NCBI GenBank assembly: GCA_964617585.1
Contig: CAZTXS010000007.1
Coordinates: 11,446 to 75,445, forward strand
Origin: an uncultured Ruminococcus sp.
GTDB lineage: Bacteria; Bacillota; Clostridia; Oscillospirales; Ruminococcaceae
Direction of reading: 5' to 3'
DNA: 64,000 bases
The position numbers and the translations under genes are program-made. The notes under the pieces are model-generated. The model was not told the DNA's origin. It did no database searches and was given only the letters and a program-made list of their open reading frames with translations. This document shows positions 31,336 to 40,302 of this stretch, piece by piece (the stretch's first letter is position 1; each line of letters begins with the position of its first letter).

Positions 31336-33174
31336 ATGTGCGGAATAGCAGGTTCGGTAAACTGCAACGACGTTTTTAATAAAGATATACGTTATCTTTA
31401 TGACATCAAGAATGTTCTTAAGAGAAGAGGTCCCGATCAGGACGGAGTTTACATAAACGATAATGTGGCTTTGGTACATACCAGGCTTGCCGTAATAGAC
31501 ATAATGAACGGAATACAGCCTATGATTACAAAGGAATACGGCGAGGATTACATAATCGTTTACAACGGAGAAATCTACAATACTGACGAAGTAAGAGAAG
31601 AATTGAAATTCAAGGGCCACAGATTTGACGGACATTCCGATACCGAGGTTGTTTTAAAAGCCTTTATTGAATGGGGCGAGGAAAGCGCTGCGAAGTTAAA
31701 CGGGATTTTTGCATACGCTGTTTGGAGCATGAAAGACAACAGCTTGTTTTTAGCCCGTGACCGAATGGGAGTAAAGCCTTTGTTTTATTCGCATAAAGGC
31801 GACCGACTTATTTTTTCAAGCGAGTTAAAGGGAATGCTCGCCCATCCCCTGATCAAGCCGCAGGTGGATCTTGAATCCATAGCTGAAATCATGCTTATAG
31901 GCCCCGGCAGAACAATGGGATATGGGATTTACAAAGACGTAAACGAGCTTTTGCCCGGATACACAGCCACCTTCAAAGACGGAAGGCTTAAAATGAGGCA
32001 ATACTGGAAGCTTGAAGAAAAGGAATGTACGGATACCTTTGACGAGTGCCTTGAAAAGGTTACATATTTAGTTTCGGACTCTATAAAGCGGCAGATAGTT
32101 TCAGATGTTCCGCTCGGAACATTTCTATCGGGAGGGCTGGATTCAAGCGCAATTTCTGCAATAACAAACAGAGAATACAAAAAGCAGAACCGACAGCTTG
32201 ATACGTTTTCCGTTGAATACATTGACAACGATAAATACTTCAAAGCAAACAAATTCCAGCCCAACAGCGATAATATTTATATCGATAAAATGGTCGGGTT
32301 CTTAGACAGCAGACATCACTATATAAAAGTCGATACTCCGGAGCTTGTAAAGGCGCTTTTCCAATCGGTTGACGCAAGAGATCTGCCGGGAATGGCTGAC
32401 GTGGATTCTTCTATGCTTTTGTTCTGCAAGGAAGTTAAAAACACCTGCAAAGTAGCTTTGTCAGGCGAATGTGCAGACGAAATTTTCGGCGGATACCCCT
32501 GGTATCGTGATAAAGATATACGGATGACAGACGGATTTCCTTGGTCGCAGTCTACCGCCTACAGAACAAGCCTGCTGAAGGATGAGTTTAAATCCTCAGT
32601 CAATTCACAGCAATACGTTTATAACAAATATCTCGAAACCATAAACAAGGTTGACCTGCCTGAAGATTATGATAAAACAGAAAGACGTATGCGCGAGATG
32701 TTCAGGCTTAACGTTGATTGGTTTATGCAGAATCTTCTCGAACGCAAGGACCGAATGAGTATGTACAGCGGTCTTGAGGTCAGAGTTCCCTTCTGTGATT
32801 ATCGAATAACCGAATACCTTTATTCTGTTCCCTGGAAGTATAAAGACTATGAGGGAAGAGAAAAAGGTCTTTTGAGAAAAGCTCTGGAGAACGACGGATG
32901 CCTCCCAGATGAAATACTCTGGAGGAAGAAAAGCCCTTATCCGAAAACACATAACCCGAACTATCTCGCCGCCGTTACAAAACTCATGGAGGAGCTTATT
33001 GCAGATTCTTCTTCCCCGCTTCTCCATATTGTTAAGAAGTCAGAGCTTGAAAAGCTTTTAAAGCGTGAGGAGGAAATATACTGGTACGGTCAGCTTATGA
33101 CAAAGCCGCAGACTATAGCTTATATGCTTCAAATTAATTATTGGCTTGATAAGTACAACATTTGCATTGTTTAA
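31336..33174 (+). CDS. asnB: Asparagine synthase (glutamine-hydrolysing), AsnB family
   Basis: MCGIAG Ntn-amidotransferase N-terminus, which requires Cys2, so the start is set at ATG 31336. SGGLDSS PP-loop. GAGGTGA SD. Confidence 0.85.
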   Translation: MCGIAGSVNCNDVFNKDIRYLYDIKNVLKRRGPDQDGVYINDNVALVHTRLAVIDIMNGIQPMITKEYGEDYIIVYNGEIYNTDEVREELKFKGHRFDGHSDTEVVLKAFIEWGEESAAKLNGIFAYAVWSMKDNSLFLARDRMGVKPLFYSHKGDRLIFSSELKGMLAHPLIKPQVDLESIAEIMLIGPGRTMGYGIYKDVNELLPGYTATFKDGRLKMRQYWKLEEKECTDTFDECLEKVTYLVSDSIKRQIVSDVPLGTFLSGGLDSSAISAITNREYKKQNRQLDTFSVEYIDNDKYFKANKFQPNSDNIYIDKMVGFLDSRHHYIKVDTPELVKALFQSVDARDLPGMADVDSSMLLFCKEVKNTCKVALSGECADEIFGGYPWYRDKDIRMTDGFPWSQSTAYRTSLLKDEFKSSVNSQQYVYNKYLETINKVDLPEDYDKTERRMREMFRLNVDWFMQNLLERKDRMSMYSGLEVRVPFCDYRITEYLYSVPWKYKDYEGREKGLLRKALENDGCLPDEILWRKKSPYPKTHNPNYLAAVTKLMEELIADSSSPLLHIVKKSELEKLLKREEEIYWYGQLMTKPQTIAYMLQINYWLDKYNICIV

Positions 33175-33185
33175 AACTAAAAAAT

Positions 33186-33214
33186 TTGACTTTGCCGGAC
33201 AATAAGGTTATAAT
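33186..33214 (+). promoter_or_regulatory. Predicted sigma-A promoter of the Thr-rich protein gene
   Basis: TTGACT, a 17-nt spacer, then TATAAT. Solo L-box Lb lies about 30 nt downstream of the predicted start site. Confidence 0.55.
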
Positions 33215-33248
33215 ATCTATATTAAAAAGCATTTATCTTTGCTTTGGA

Positions 33249-33277
33249 TTTAATAAGGGCTTGCCCGTCTTTATAAT
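33249..33277 (+). repeat. Solo L-box of the repeat family (copy Lb)
   Basis: TTTAATAAGGGCTTGCCCGTCTTTATAAT, in the predicted 5' UTR of the gene starting at 33344, in sense orientation. Confidence 0.8.
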
Positions 33278-33343
33278 AATTATAACGTTTATTTCATAAA
33301 CTTAATATATAAATTCAAACATCAAAATGAAAGGATGATTAAA

Positions 33344-34093
33344 ATGTCCGGTAAAATAAAAAAAATACTTTGTTTGCTAACAACGCTCGTTATTATTCCG
33401 GCGGCTTCTTTTACCGCTTTTGGCGATGACGACGACCTCGACCCTGCGGTCAACGATCCCGGCTATGAGCCGACTACTACCGCTTCGGAAACTACGCCGA
33501 CGGAAACTACTACGACCACTACGATAACTACTACGACTACAACTACCACAACAACTACTACCCAGACGACCTCTGTCACCACTTCAAAAGCTAAAAAATC
33601 AAAGACTAAAACTACTACCACGACAACCTCTTATAAATATACAGACACGTCCGGGAGAAATAACAATCAGGCTCAGGTTTATACTACCACTACCACTTCC
33701 GAAAGCACGTCTGACGAAACTGCTTCGGCTACTGCGATTACCTCTAAGACCACGAAAAACAGCGGCGCAATGACGCTTTTCCAGTCAGTTCTGATGATGG
33801 TTATTATTGTTTTGGTTATTGCCGTTGTTGTTGTATTACTCTGGATGAGAAACAGAAAGAAAAAGAACGCTGACAACGAATATGACGATTATGACGACTA
33901 CTACGACCAAAACGACGGTCAGGGTTATGACGAATATTCTGACAACCAAGGCTACAACAATCAAGACGACGGATATAACAATCCGAACAATCAGAATTCC
34001 CAAAACGACTATGAAGAACCTGAGATAATCTACGCCGAGGATTCAGAGGACTTTGACAACTTCGATTCTGACGGAAGGAACAATTACAGATAA
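33344..34093 (+). CDS. Thr-rich (mucin-like) single-pass surface protein with a disordered D/N/Y-rich cytoplasmic tail
   Basis: Signal peptide, a T-rich stalk of about 130 aa (TTTTTITTTTTTTTTTT), one TM helix (LMMVIIVLVIAVVVVLLW), then NEYDDYDDYYDQNDGQGYDEY. AAAGGA SD 8 nt before ATG 33344. Confidence 0.6.
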   Translation: MSGKIKKILCLLTTLVIIPAASFTAFGDDDDLDPAVNDPGYEPTTTASETTPTETTTTTTITTTTTTTTTTTTQTTSVTTSKAKKSKTKTTTTTTSYKYTDTSGRNNNQAQVYTTTTTSESTSDETASATAITSKTTKNSGAMTLFQSVLMMVIIVLVIAVVVVLLWMRNRKKKNADNEYDDYDDYYDQNDGQGYDEYSDNQGYNNQDDGYNNPNNQNSQNDYEEPEIIYAEDSEDFDNFDSDGRNNYR

Positions 34094-34107
34094 AAATTCA
34101 ACAAATA

Positions 34108-34150
34108 AGGCGGGAGCTTAAAGTGAAAAGCTTCCGCCTATAATTATTTT
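34108..34150 (+). terminator. Rho-independent terminator after the Thr-rich protein gene
   Basis: AGGCGGGAGCTT...AAGCTTCCGCCT 12-bp stem with one G-T pair, followed by ATAATTATTTTT. Confidence 0.55.
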
Positions 34151-34159
34151 TAATATTTT

Positions 34160-34188
34160 TTAAATAAGGACTTGCCCGCCATTATATC
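34160..34188 (+). repeat. Solo L-box of the repeat family (copy Lc, more diverged)
   Basis: TTAAATAAGGACTTGCCCGCCATTATAT, immediately after the terminator and upstream of the interrupted RHH ORF. Confidence 0.6.
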
Positions 34189-34307
34189 ATATTATTAAAA
34201 TTACTATTGATATTAATAATAATTTGTATTAACATTATTATACATATATATATTTAATGCAAATTAAATATATACTATCATCATAGGCGCAATTAAAAAT
34301 TACGTTG

Positions 34308-34481
34308 GTGAGAAAATTGTTTGAAATAAAAAAGAAAAGCTGTACTAATAAGACAGTTTGATTTAACGACGAACTAATTGAGAAAATCGAAAAAATTGCA
34401 GTAAAAAATGACGTTAGCTTCAGTAATGTTGTTATTCAATTCTGTGAATATGCTTTGAAAAATTATTCTAAAAATCAATAA
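34308..34481 (+). pseudogene. Small ribbon-helix-helix (CopG/Arc-like) protein gene interrupted by an in-frame TGA
   Basis: Manual translation gives (V)RKLFEIKKKSCTNKTV*FNDELIEKIEKIAVKNDVSFSNVVIQFCEYALKNYSKNQ, with the stop at 34359..34361, where RHH beta-strands usually carry Arg (CGA). There is no start codon after the TGA. Confidence 0.5.
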
Positions 34482-34511
34482 AATATGACTATTTCATTAA
34501 TAAACCCGCTG

Positions 34512-34547
34512 TTTTTTCGCAGAACATTTACTTCTGCGAAAAATTTT
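34512..34547. terminator. Bidirectional hairpin terminator
   Basis: TTTTCGCAGAA-CATTTAC-TTCTGCGAAAA, with A/T runs on both sides. Confidence 0.5.
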
Positions 34548-34687
34548 AAGAAAGTTTTAAAGCTTTTATGTTTCAGTTGATTTTAATTATCAAAAGCAGA
34601 AAAAAGACAAAAAACAGCCGATTAATGTTTTAGCAAATAAATACTTCCAAAAACCGACCGTTTATGTAATTATTAAAAATGCAAGTA

Positions 34688-35533
34688 CTAAAATCTTTTG
34701 ATCCAGGCTATTGCCAGTTCAGTCCACTTTTCACTGACCGGCATAATATGATGTTCGCCGCAGGAGGTCTGATAATTACACAGAGAAAGCCCGTGATTTC
34801 CCCATTCATAGATATGAGCCTCAAACGGAATATTATACTTAGAAAGTGACAGCATATATTTGAGAGAATTTTCAACCGGAACTGACGTGTCGTCGGCAGT
34901 GTGCCATAAAAAAGTAGGCGGAGTAGCTTCAGACACTCTGTTTTCCAGAGAAACAAGCTCACGCAGATTCAGAGCCTCGTCGCTCGTCTTATCATCGCCG
35001 ATAAGATTTAGAATACTTGATTCGTGAGTAAATTCCTTGTCGCTTGTTATTACGGGATAGCATAGAATACATCCGTTCGGTTTTATATCGTCGGGAGCAG
35101 CCCCAAGCGTGCGGGTTATAATATCCTTATCGTAGAAATTTGACAAAGAAGCCGCTAAATGACCGCCTGCCGAAAATCCCAAAACAAATATCTTATCCTT
35201 ATCAACCTGATATTCGGAAGCGTTTTCACGAACATACTTAACGGAGCTTGCAAGCTCTAAGACATCCGTCGGAAATTTTTTATTCACACAGGAATAACGA
35301 AGAACAAACGCCTGAATACCGTTTCCCGCAAATCTGAGAGAAACAGGCTCGTTTTCTCTGTCGGAAAGATAGTCATATCCGCCTCCCGGGCAAATAATAA
35401 CCGCAGGAAAATGTTTTTCGCCTATCTCCTCCGAAGCGGAGGTGCAATAGCAGGTAAGAGAAGAGCAGCAGCCCTTTCCGCTCAGCCCTGCTTTTTGATA
35501 ATCAGGTTTAATTTCAACAGTTTTAATAATCAT
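34688..35533 (-). CDS. Alpha/beta hydrolase (esterase/lipase fold-3 type)
   Basis: GGGY oxyanion motif, GFSAGGHLA nucleophile elbow, and C-terminal D...H. Confidence 0.7.
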   Translation of the reverse strand: MIIKTVEIKPDYQKAGLSGKGCCSSLTCYCTSASEEIGEKHFPAVIICPGGGYDYLSDRENEPVSLRFAGNGIQAFVLRYSCVNKKFPTDVLELASSVKYVRENASEYQVDKDKIFVLGFSAGGHLAASLSNFYDKDIITRTLGAAPDDIKPNGCILCYPVITSDKEFTHESSILNLIGDDKTSDEALNLRELVSLENRVSEATPPTFLWHTADDTSVPVENSLKYMLSLSKYNIPFEAHIYEWGNHGLSLCNYQTSCGEHHIMPVSEKWTELAIAWIKRF

Positions 35534-35625
35534 ATGTAAATCCTCATTCCGGTTAATAATTTAGTATATTTAATATATCACAAATGCATATAAAATTCAA
35601 TATAAGACAAGACGTAATATTTGTA

Positions 35626-35654
35626 TTGAAAAATGTTATTCACTGTGCTATAAT
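35626..35654 (+). promoter_or_regulatory. Predicted sigma-A promoter of pheA
   Basis: TTGAAA, a 17-nt spacer, then TATAAT. Confidence 0.5.
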
Positions 35655-35686
35655 TTATTTCAGAAAAAAATTTATCGGAGGATTTT

Positions 35687-36799
35687 ATGAACTTAGACGA
35701 GCTTAGAAAAAGCATTGATCAAATAGACGACAAACTGTTGAAGCTCTTTGAAGAGAGAATGAAAATCGCTCACGACGTAGCTCTTTATAAAATTGAAAAC
35801 GGGCTTGACGTTTTTCAGTCGGAACGTGAAAAAGCTATAATTGAAAAAGTGAGAAGCAAGGCTTCAGACGGTCTTGAAAACTCTGCTGAAACGCTGTTTA
35901 CAACCATTATGGATATAAGCAAATCAAAACAGTTCAGCGATTTTTTCGCTGATAACCGCAAAATCAAATACAGCGAGTTTAAAATAACGGACAATATGAA
36001 TATCGCCTGCCCCGGTATTGAGGGCAGCTATTCCGAAAGGGCTGCGTTTCAGATTTCAAAAAACGCCAAGCTAAGGTACTATCAGGATTTTGACAATATT
36101 TTTGAAGCTGTTGAAAACGGTGAAATGCCTTACGGAATAGTTCCTATTCAGAATTCAACCGCCGGTTCTGTATCCGCTACATATGAACTGTTATCGAAAA
36201 CCAATTTATATATAGTATGTTCAACTAAAGTGAGAATCAATCACTGTCTTGCTTGCAGACAGGAAACAGAAGAGGTTGATATAAAGAAAGTTTATTCTCA
36301 TGTTCAGGGACTTATGCAATGCTCTGAATACATAAAAGAAAAAGGCTTTTATAAACGAGAAATGCCAAACACTTCGTTTGCGGCTCTTCACGTCAGCCAA
36401 AGTAATGAACCGGAAGCCTGCATATGCTCTGAAGAATGTGCTAAAGAGCATGGTCTTAAAATTCTTGAAAAAAACATAGCCAACGCTAATGACAACTACA
36501 CCCGTTTCATTCTTGTGGCAAATAAGCTTTATTCTTCAGAGCGTGCAAACACCGTATCGGTAACGCTTACTATTCCGCACGCTCGCTCGGCTCTGTACAG
36601 GCTTCTGACTAAATTTTCAGTCTGCGGACTTAATCTGGTCAGGATTGAAAACAAGCCTATAGCTTCCAAGGACTTTGCCGTTCAATTTTATCTTGATTTT
36701 CAAGGTTCTATTTTAAACCCCGAGGTTCCTAAAATGATTGCCGAGCTTGAAACAGAGTTAAGCTATTTTAAATTCTTAGGCAACTATGAAGAAATATAA
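35687..36799 (+). CDS. pheA: Bifunctional chorismate mutase / prephenate dehydratase (P-protein)
   Basis: N-terminal CM type 2 helix (LDELRKSIDQIDDKLLKLFEERM), a PDT domain (GIEGSYSE...TRF) and a C-terminal ACT domain. Confidence 0.85.
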   Translation: MNLDELRKSIDQIDDKLLKLFEERMKIAHDVALYKIENGLDVFQSEREKAIIEKVRSKASDGLENSAETLFTTIMDISKSKQFSDFFADNRKIKYSEFKITDNMNIACPGIEGSYSERAAFQISKNAKLRYYQDFDNIFEAVENGEMPYGIVPIQNSTAGSVSATYELLSKTNLYIVCSTKVRINHCLACRQETEEVDIKKVYSHVQGLMQCSEYIKEKGFYKREMPNTSFAALHVSQSNEPEACICSEECAKEHGLKILEKNIANANDNYTRFILVANKLYSSERANTVSVTLTIPHARSALYRLLTKFSVCGLNLVRIENKPIASKDFAVQFYLDFQGSILNPEVPKMIAELETELSYFKFLGNYEEI

Positions 36800-36801
36800 C
36801 T

Positions 36802-36944
36802 TATAACTAAGACAAGATGTCCCCTCGCCTCTATAGGCGGCGGATTCCATTACCCGTTCAGCAGCGGGATACAATCCCCTACTGAACGACCGGTCGGCAA
36901 TGCCGACCCTTGCCGCATTGAATGGCGGGCAAGCCCTTATTGAA
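36802..36944 (-). repeat. Modular intergenic repeat, copy C6 (L-M1-M2-R); the consensus reads on the - strand
   Basis: The + strand reads TATAACTAAGACAAGATGTCCCCTCGCCTCTATAGGCGGCGGATTCCATTACCCGTTCAGCAGCGGGATACAATCCCCTACTGAACGACCGGTCGGCAATGCCGACCCTTGCCGCATTGAATGGCGGGCAAGCCCTTATTGAA. It starts 2 nt after the pheA stop. Confidence 0.9.
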
Positions 36945-36947
36945 TAC

Positions 36948-36984
36948 AAAAGGTATTGAGAGTGATTCCCAATACCTTTTCTTA
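36948..36984. terminator. Bidirectional terminator shared by pheA and the convergent Clp ATPase gene
   Basis: AAAAGGTATTG...CAATACCTTTT 11-bp stem flanked by A/T runs. Confidence 0.6.
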
Positions 36985-39288
36985 TTATTCAGTCTTAAGC
37001 TTAAGTCCGTCCTCGTCGGCAGTCAGCATAATTTCAGCCGTTTCGATTTTCAGCTCGTCAATCAAAAGCTCTGCGATCTTATCCTCAACATCGCTTCTTA
37101 TAACTCGCCTTATATCCCTTGCACCCAGCTTCTTATTGTGAGACTTATGAGCTATATATTCGCAAGCAGCTCTGTCGTAGGAGAATCCTATTCCCTTTTC
37201 AAGAAGCGGTTCTTTCATCTCATCAAGCATCAAAGCCGCAATATCAGCATAGTTATCTTCGGTCAGAGGGTTGAATACAACAATCTCATCTACCCTTCCC
37301 AAAAATTCGGGACGCAGGAACTCTCTCAATCCTCTCATAGCCTTATCCTTTGAAATTTCATAATCCGACTTGTTAAAACCAACTCCCGTGTCCTTTGAAG
37401 TCGAACCTGCGTTTGAAGTCATAACTATAACTGTATTCTCGAAAGATACTGTTCTTCCCTGCGCGTCGGTTATCTTACCCTCGTCAAGAAGCTGAAGCAT
37501 TATATTCATCACGTCCGGATGAGCCTTCTCAATTTCATCAAATAAAACTACCGAATACGGGCGGCGTCTTACCTTTTCGGTAAGCTGACCTGCCTCGTCG
37601 TAACCCACATATCCCGGAGGCGAGCCTATAAGCTTTGCCACGCTGTGCTTTTCCATATACTCGGACATATCTACTCTTATAATAGGTTCTGTTGCGTCAA
37701 ACAAGGTTTCACCGAGTACCTTTACAAGCTCAGTCTTTCCTACTCCCGTAGGTCCGACAAATATAAACGAAGCCGGTCTGCGCCTTTTGGAAAGCTGAAC
37801 TCTTGTTCGTTTAATTGCCTTTGCAACTGCATCGCACGCTTCATCCTGACCTATAATTCTTCTCTGAAGCTCGCTTTTAAGATTTCTTATCTTTGTATAT
37901 TCCGACTCTACAACCTTATTTGCGGGAATTCCCGTCCAAAGCTCTATTACCTTTGACAAATCCTCCTGTGTAACCCTTACCTTTTCAGCCTTTTTAGCAA
38001 GTTCCTTTTCCTGCTCTTCAAGACGGCTGATGTCTGCCTTTATCTTGGCAATAGCCTCATAATCCGGCTCTTCCTCTTTTTCGGCTTCCTCCTCAAGGGC
38101 TTTCTGACGGCTCAGCTCTTCTTGGACCTTTTCATGTTCTTCGATTTCAGGACTTCTGATACTGCAGCAAGCGCAAGCCTCGTCAAGAAGGTCTATAGCC
38201 TTATCCGGCAAAAATCTGTCGTTAATATATCTCTCGGATAATATTGCGCACATTCTGAGCGTTACATCGTCTATTTTAACCTTATGATAGTTTTCATAAT
38301 ACTTTTTTATACCGGTCAAAAGCTCAATTGAATCCGCTAAAGTAGGTTCGTTTACAGTGATAGGCTGGAAGCGCCTTTCTAAAGCTGCGTCCTTTTCAAT
38401 GTACTTTCTGTACTCCTTGAAAGTGGTCGCTCCGATAACCTGAATTTCGCCCCTTGAAAGAGCCGGCTTCAAAATATTAGCCGCATTCATAGTACCCTCG
38501 CTGTCGCCTGTTCCCACAAGGTTGTGAATTTCGTCAATAAACAGAATTATATTTCCCTGAGCCTTTACCTCCTCGACAAGGCCCTTGCATCTCGATTCAA
38601 ACTGACCTCTGAACTGAGTTCCGGCAACCAAAGACGTCAGGTCAAGAAGATATATCTCCTTTTCTCTGACATGAAACGGAACGTCGCCCGACACTATTTT
38701 TTGCGCAATACCCTCGGCTATGGCGGTCTTTCCTACTCCCGGCTCTCCTATCAGGCACGGGTTGTTTTTCTGACGCCTTGAAAGAATCTGAACAACTCTG
38801 GCTATTTCCTTATCCCGTCCGATAATATTGTCAAGCTCGTTGTTTCTTGCACGTTCGGTAAGATTAGTGCAATAGTTATTCAAATATTTAAGCTTCTTTT
38901 TCTTATCCTCTTTTGCTTTTTCTTTAGCTTTGTTTTCTCTTTTCTTTCTCTTAATATCGTCGACGGTGTAGCTGTCGTCGTCCGAATTTTGCTCCGCATT
39001 GTTTTCAGCCGGATTTACGCTTCCGAAAAAACTGTTTATAAAGTTCGGAAGCATATCGCTTCCGCCGAGCTGAAAATCCTCTCCGTCAGTTATGTCCATA
39101 AGCTGTTCAGAGAAGTTTTCCAAATCGTCTTCTGAAATTCCCATAGACTTCATATATTCGTCAACCTGTGGAATTCCCATTTCCTTTGCACAGACAAGGC
39201 AAAGCCCTTCATTCTTTTTTTCATTACCCTGCATAGCCGTTATAAATACAGCGGCAGGTCTTTTTTTGCATCTGGTACACATCATCAT
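36985..39288 (-). CDS. ClpC/ClpB-type double-AAA+ ATPase with an N-terminal Cys4 zinc-ribbon in place of a Clp_N domain
   Basis: Two Walker A motifs ([16 protein letters not shown]), a coiled-coil middle domain, and a VGF loop (TGVGFNKS). The N-terminus is MMMCTRCKK...CLVCAKEMG. The start is set at ATG 39288, downstream of AAAGGATGG. Confidence 0.8.
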   Translation of the reverse strand: MMMCTRCKKRPAAVFITAMQGNEKKNEGLCLVCAKEMGIPQVDEYMKSMGISEDDLENFSEQLMDITDGEDFQLGGSDMLPNFINSFFGSVNPAENNAEQNSDDDSYTVDDIKRKKRENKAKEKAKEDKKKKLKYLNNYCTNLTERARNNELDNIIGRDKEIARVVQILSRRQKNNPCLIGEPGVGKTAIAEGIAQKIVSGDVPFHVREKEIYLLDLTSLVAGTQFRGQFESRCKGLVEEVKAQGNIILFIDEIHNLVGTGDSEGTMNAANILKPALSRGEIQVIGATTFKEYRKYIEKDAALERRFQPITVNEPTLADSIELLTGIKKYYENYHKVKIDDVTLRMCAILSERYINDRFLPDKAIDLLDEACACCSIRSPEIEEHEKVQEELSRQKALEEEAEKEEEPDYEAIAKIKADISRLEEQEKELAKKAEKVRVTQEDLSKVIELWTGIPANKVVESEYTKIRNLKSELQRRIIGQDEACDAVAKAIKRTRVQLSKRRRPASFIFVGPTGVGKTELVKVLGETLFDATEPIIRVDMSEYMEKHSVAKLIGSPPGYVGYDEAGQLTEKVRRRPYSVVLFDEIEKAHPDVMNIMLQLLDEGKITDAQGRTVSFENTVIVMTSNAGSTSKDTGVGFNKSDYEISKDKAMRGLREFLRPEFLGRVDEIVVFNPLTEDNYADIAALMLDEMKEPLLEKGIGFSYDRAACEYIAHKSHNKKLGARDIRRVIRSDVEDKIAELLIDELKIETAEIMLTADEDGLKLKTE

Positions 39289-39378
39289 ATATTTATTTTG
39301 CCATCCTTTCCGCACATATAAATGCTTTAAAAGAAAATCTTTCAAGGTATTAAATGCTCATATAAGATAAGCTATATT

Positions 39379-40263
39379 CTAATTAATAATATCGGTTATA
39401 CACCTTAAAAATATCGAATTATTTATCGCCGATTCGCTGACATTAAACATACTGTTTGAATCAACAGCAGATATTATCGGTGAAATAACGCTTACAGCCA
39501 CGGTTATCATGACCGCCAAAATAAGACCTTTTATAATTCCCAAAGCTCCGCCCAAAACAGTGTTGAGCGCACTCTTTTCTCTGTTTTTGCCGAGCCGCGT
39601 CACAGCAACTATCAGCCTTAATATTATCCATGCGGCAATAAAACATAATATGAATAAGACGATTCTTATCGGAGTCATTACAATATGCTTTAAAACATTG
39701 TCGGCTATTTCCTCGCTTGCTAGCGTCTTGTCAGTTTTAACCAGGGATTTTATAATGCTTTCCATCATATCCTTTTCATTAGAAAGAGCTGATTCAAACA
39801 AAGGAGCGGCATAAGACGGAAGCGCCTTTTCAACCTCGTTTATGACAGATTCATCCTCTAAGACAGAATCTATCTTTTCAGCCACTGAACCGCTTGAAAG
39901 AGCTATTCCTTTAGATTCGGCATATTCCGAAATATTCTCAGACAAGCTTCCGTCCTGTGAAATCGCTTTTTCAATTTCAGCGTCGCTTATTTTAATTCCT
40001 AACTTATTGTCAAAAAACTTCTCGTTTACAAATTCAGCGGCGTCAAAATCCTCAACCGAATCTTTAATAGCGTTCACCGCCTTGTCTTTGACAAAGCTTT
40101 CATAAACAGGCTCTGCAATAATCCCCGAAACCACATAACCTATAAGAAGCGATACTATAAGCGTTATAAACAGAACAATGCTTCTTACAATACCTCTTCC
40201 GGCGCCTATTATGCAAAACATTATTACTATTATAAGCATTATCAGGTCATATAAAAGTCCCAA
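39379..40263 (-). CDS. CvpA-family membrane protein with a long soluble insert
   Basis: The N-terminal TM pair resembles CvpA (LIIVIMFCIIGAGRGIVRSIV). There is a central acidic soluble segment and two C-terminal TM helices. Confidence 0.45.
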   Translation of the reverse strand: MGLLYDLIMLIIVIMFCIIGAGRGIVRSIVLFITLIVSLLIGYVVSGIIAEPVYESFVKDKAVNAIKDSVEDFDAAEFVNEKFFDNKLGIKISDAEIEKAISQDGSLSENISEYAESKGIALSSGSVAEKIDSVLEDESVINEVEKALPSYAAPLFESALSNEKDMMESIIKSLVKTDKTLASEEIADNVLKHIVMTPIRIVLFILCFIAAWIILRLIVAVTRLGKNREKSALNTVLGGALGIIKGLILAVMITVAVSVISPIISAVDSNSMFNVSESAINNSIFLRCITDIIN

Positions 40264-40302
40264 TTACTATTCCCCTTCCGGCTTGAAACAGCCTTTACAA
40301 AA

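Noticed and set aside
33470-33640. An ACT/ACC-rich nucleotide repeat region considered as a microsatellite or contingency locus.
   Set aside because: It is an in-frame but irregular run of Thr codons (ACT, ACC, ACG and ACA mixed), not a perfect tandem repeat. It is better described as low-complexity coding sequence of the Thr-rich protein.
36802-36944. Resemblance of parts of the repeat to self-cleaving ribozymes (GCAATGCCG and GGGCAAGCCC versus twister; CTGAACG...GAAA versus hammerhead).
   Set aside because: The conserved cores do not fit. The hammerhead CUGANGA box is violated, and the twister-like words sit in simple hairpins, not in the required pseudoknotted internal loops. The similarity is limited to short GC-rich words.
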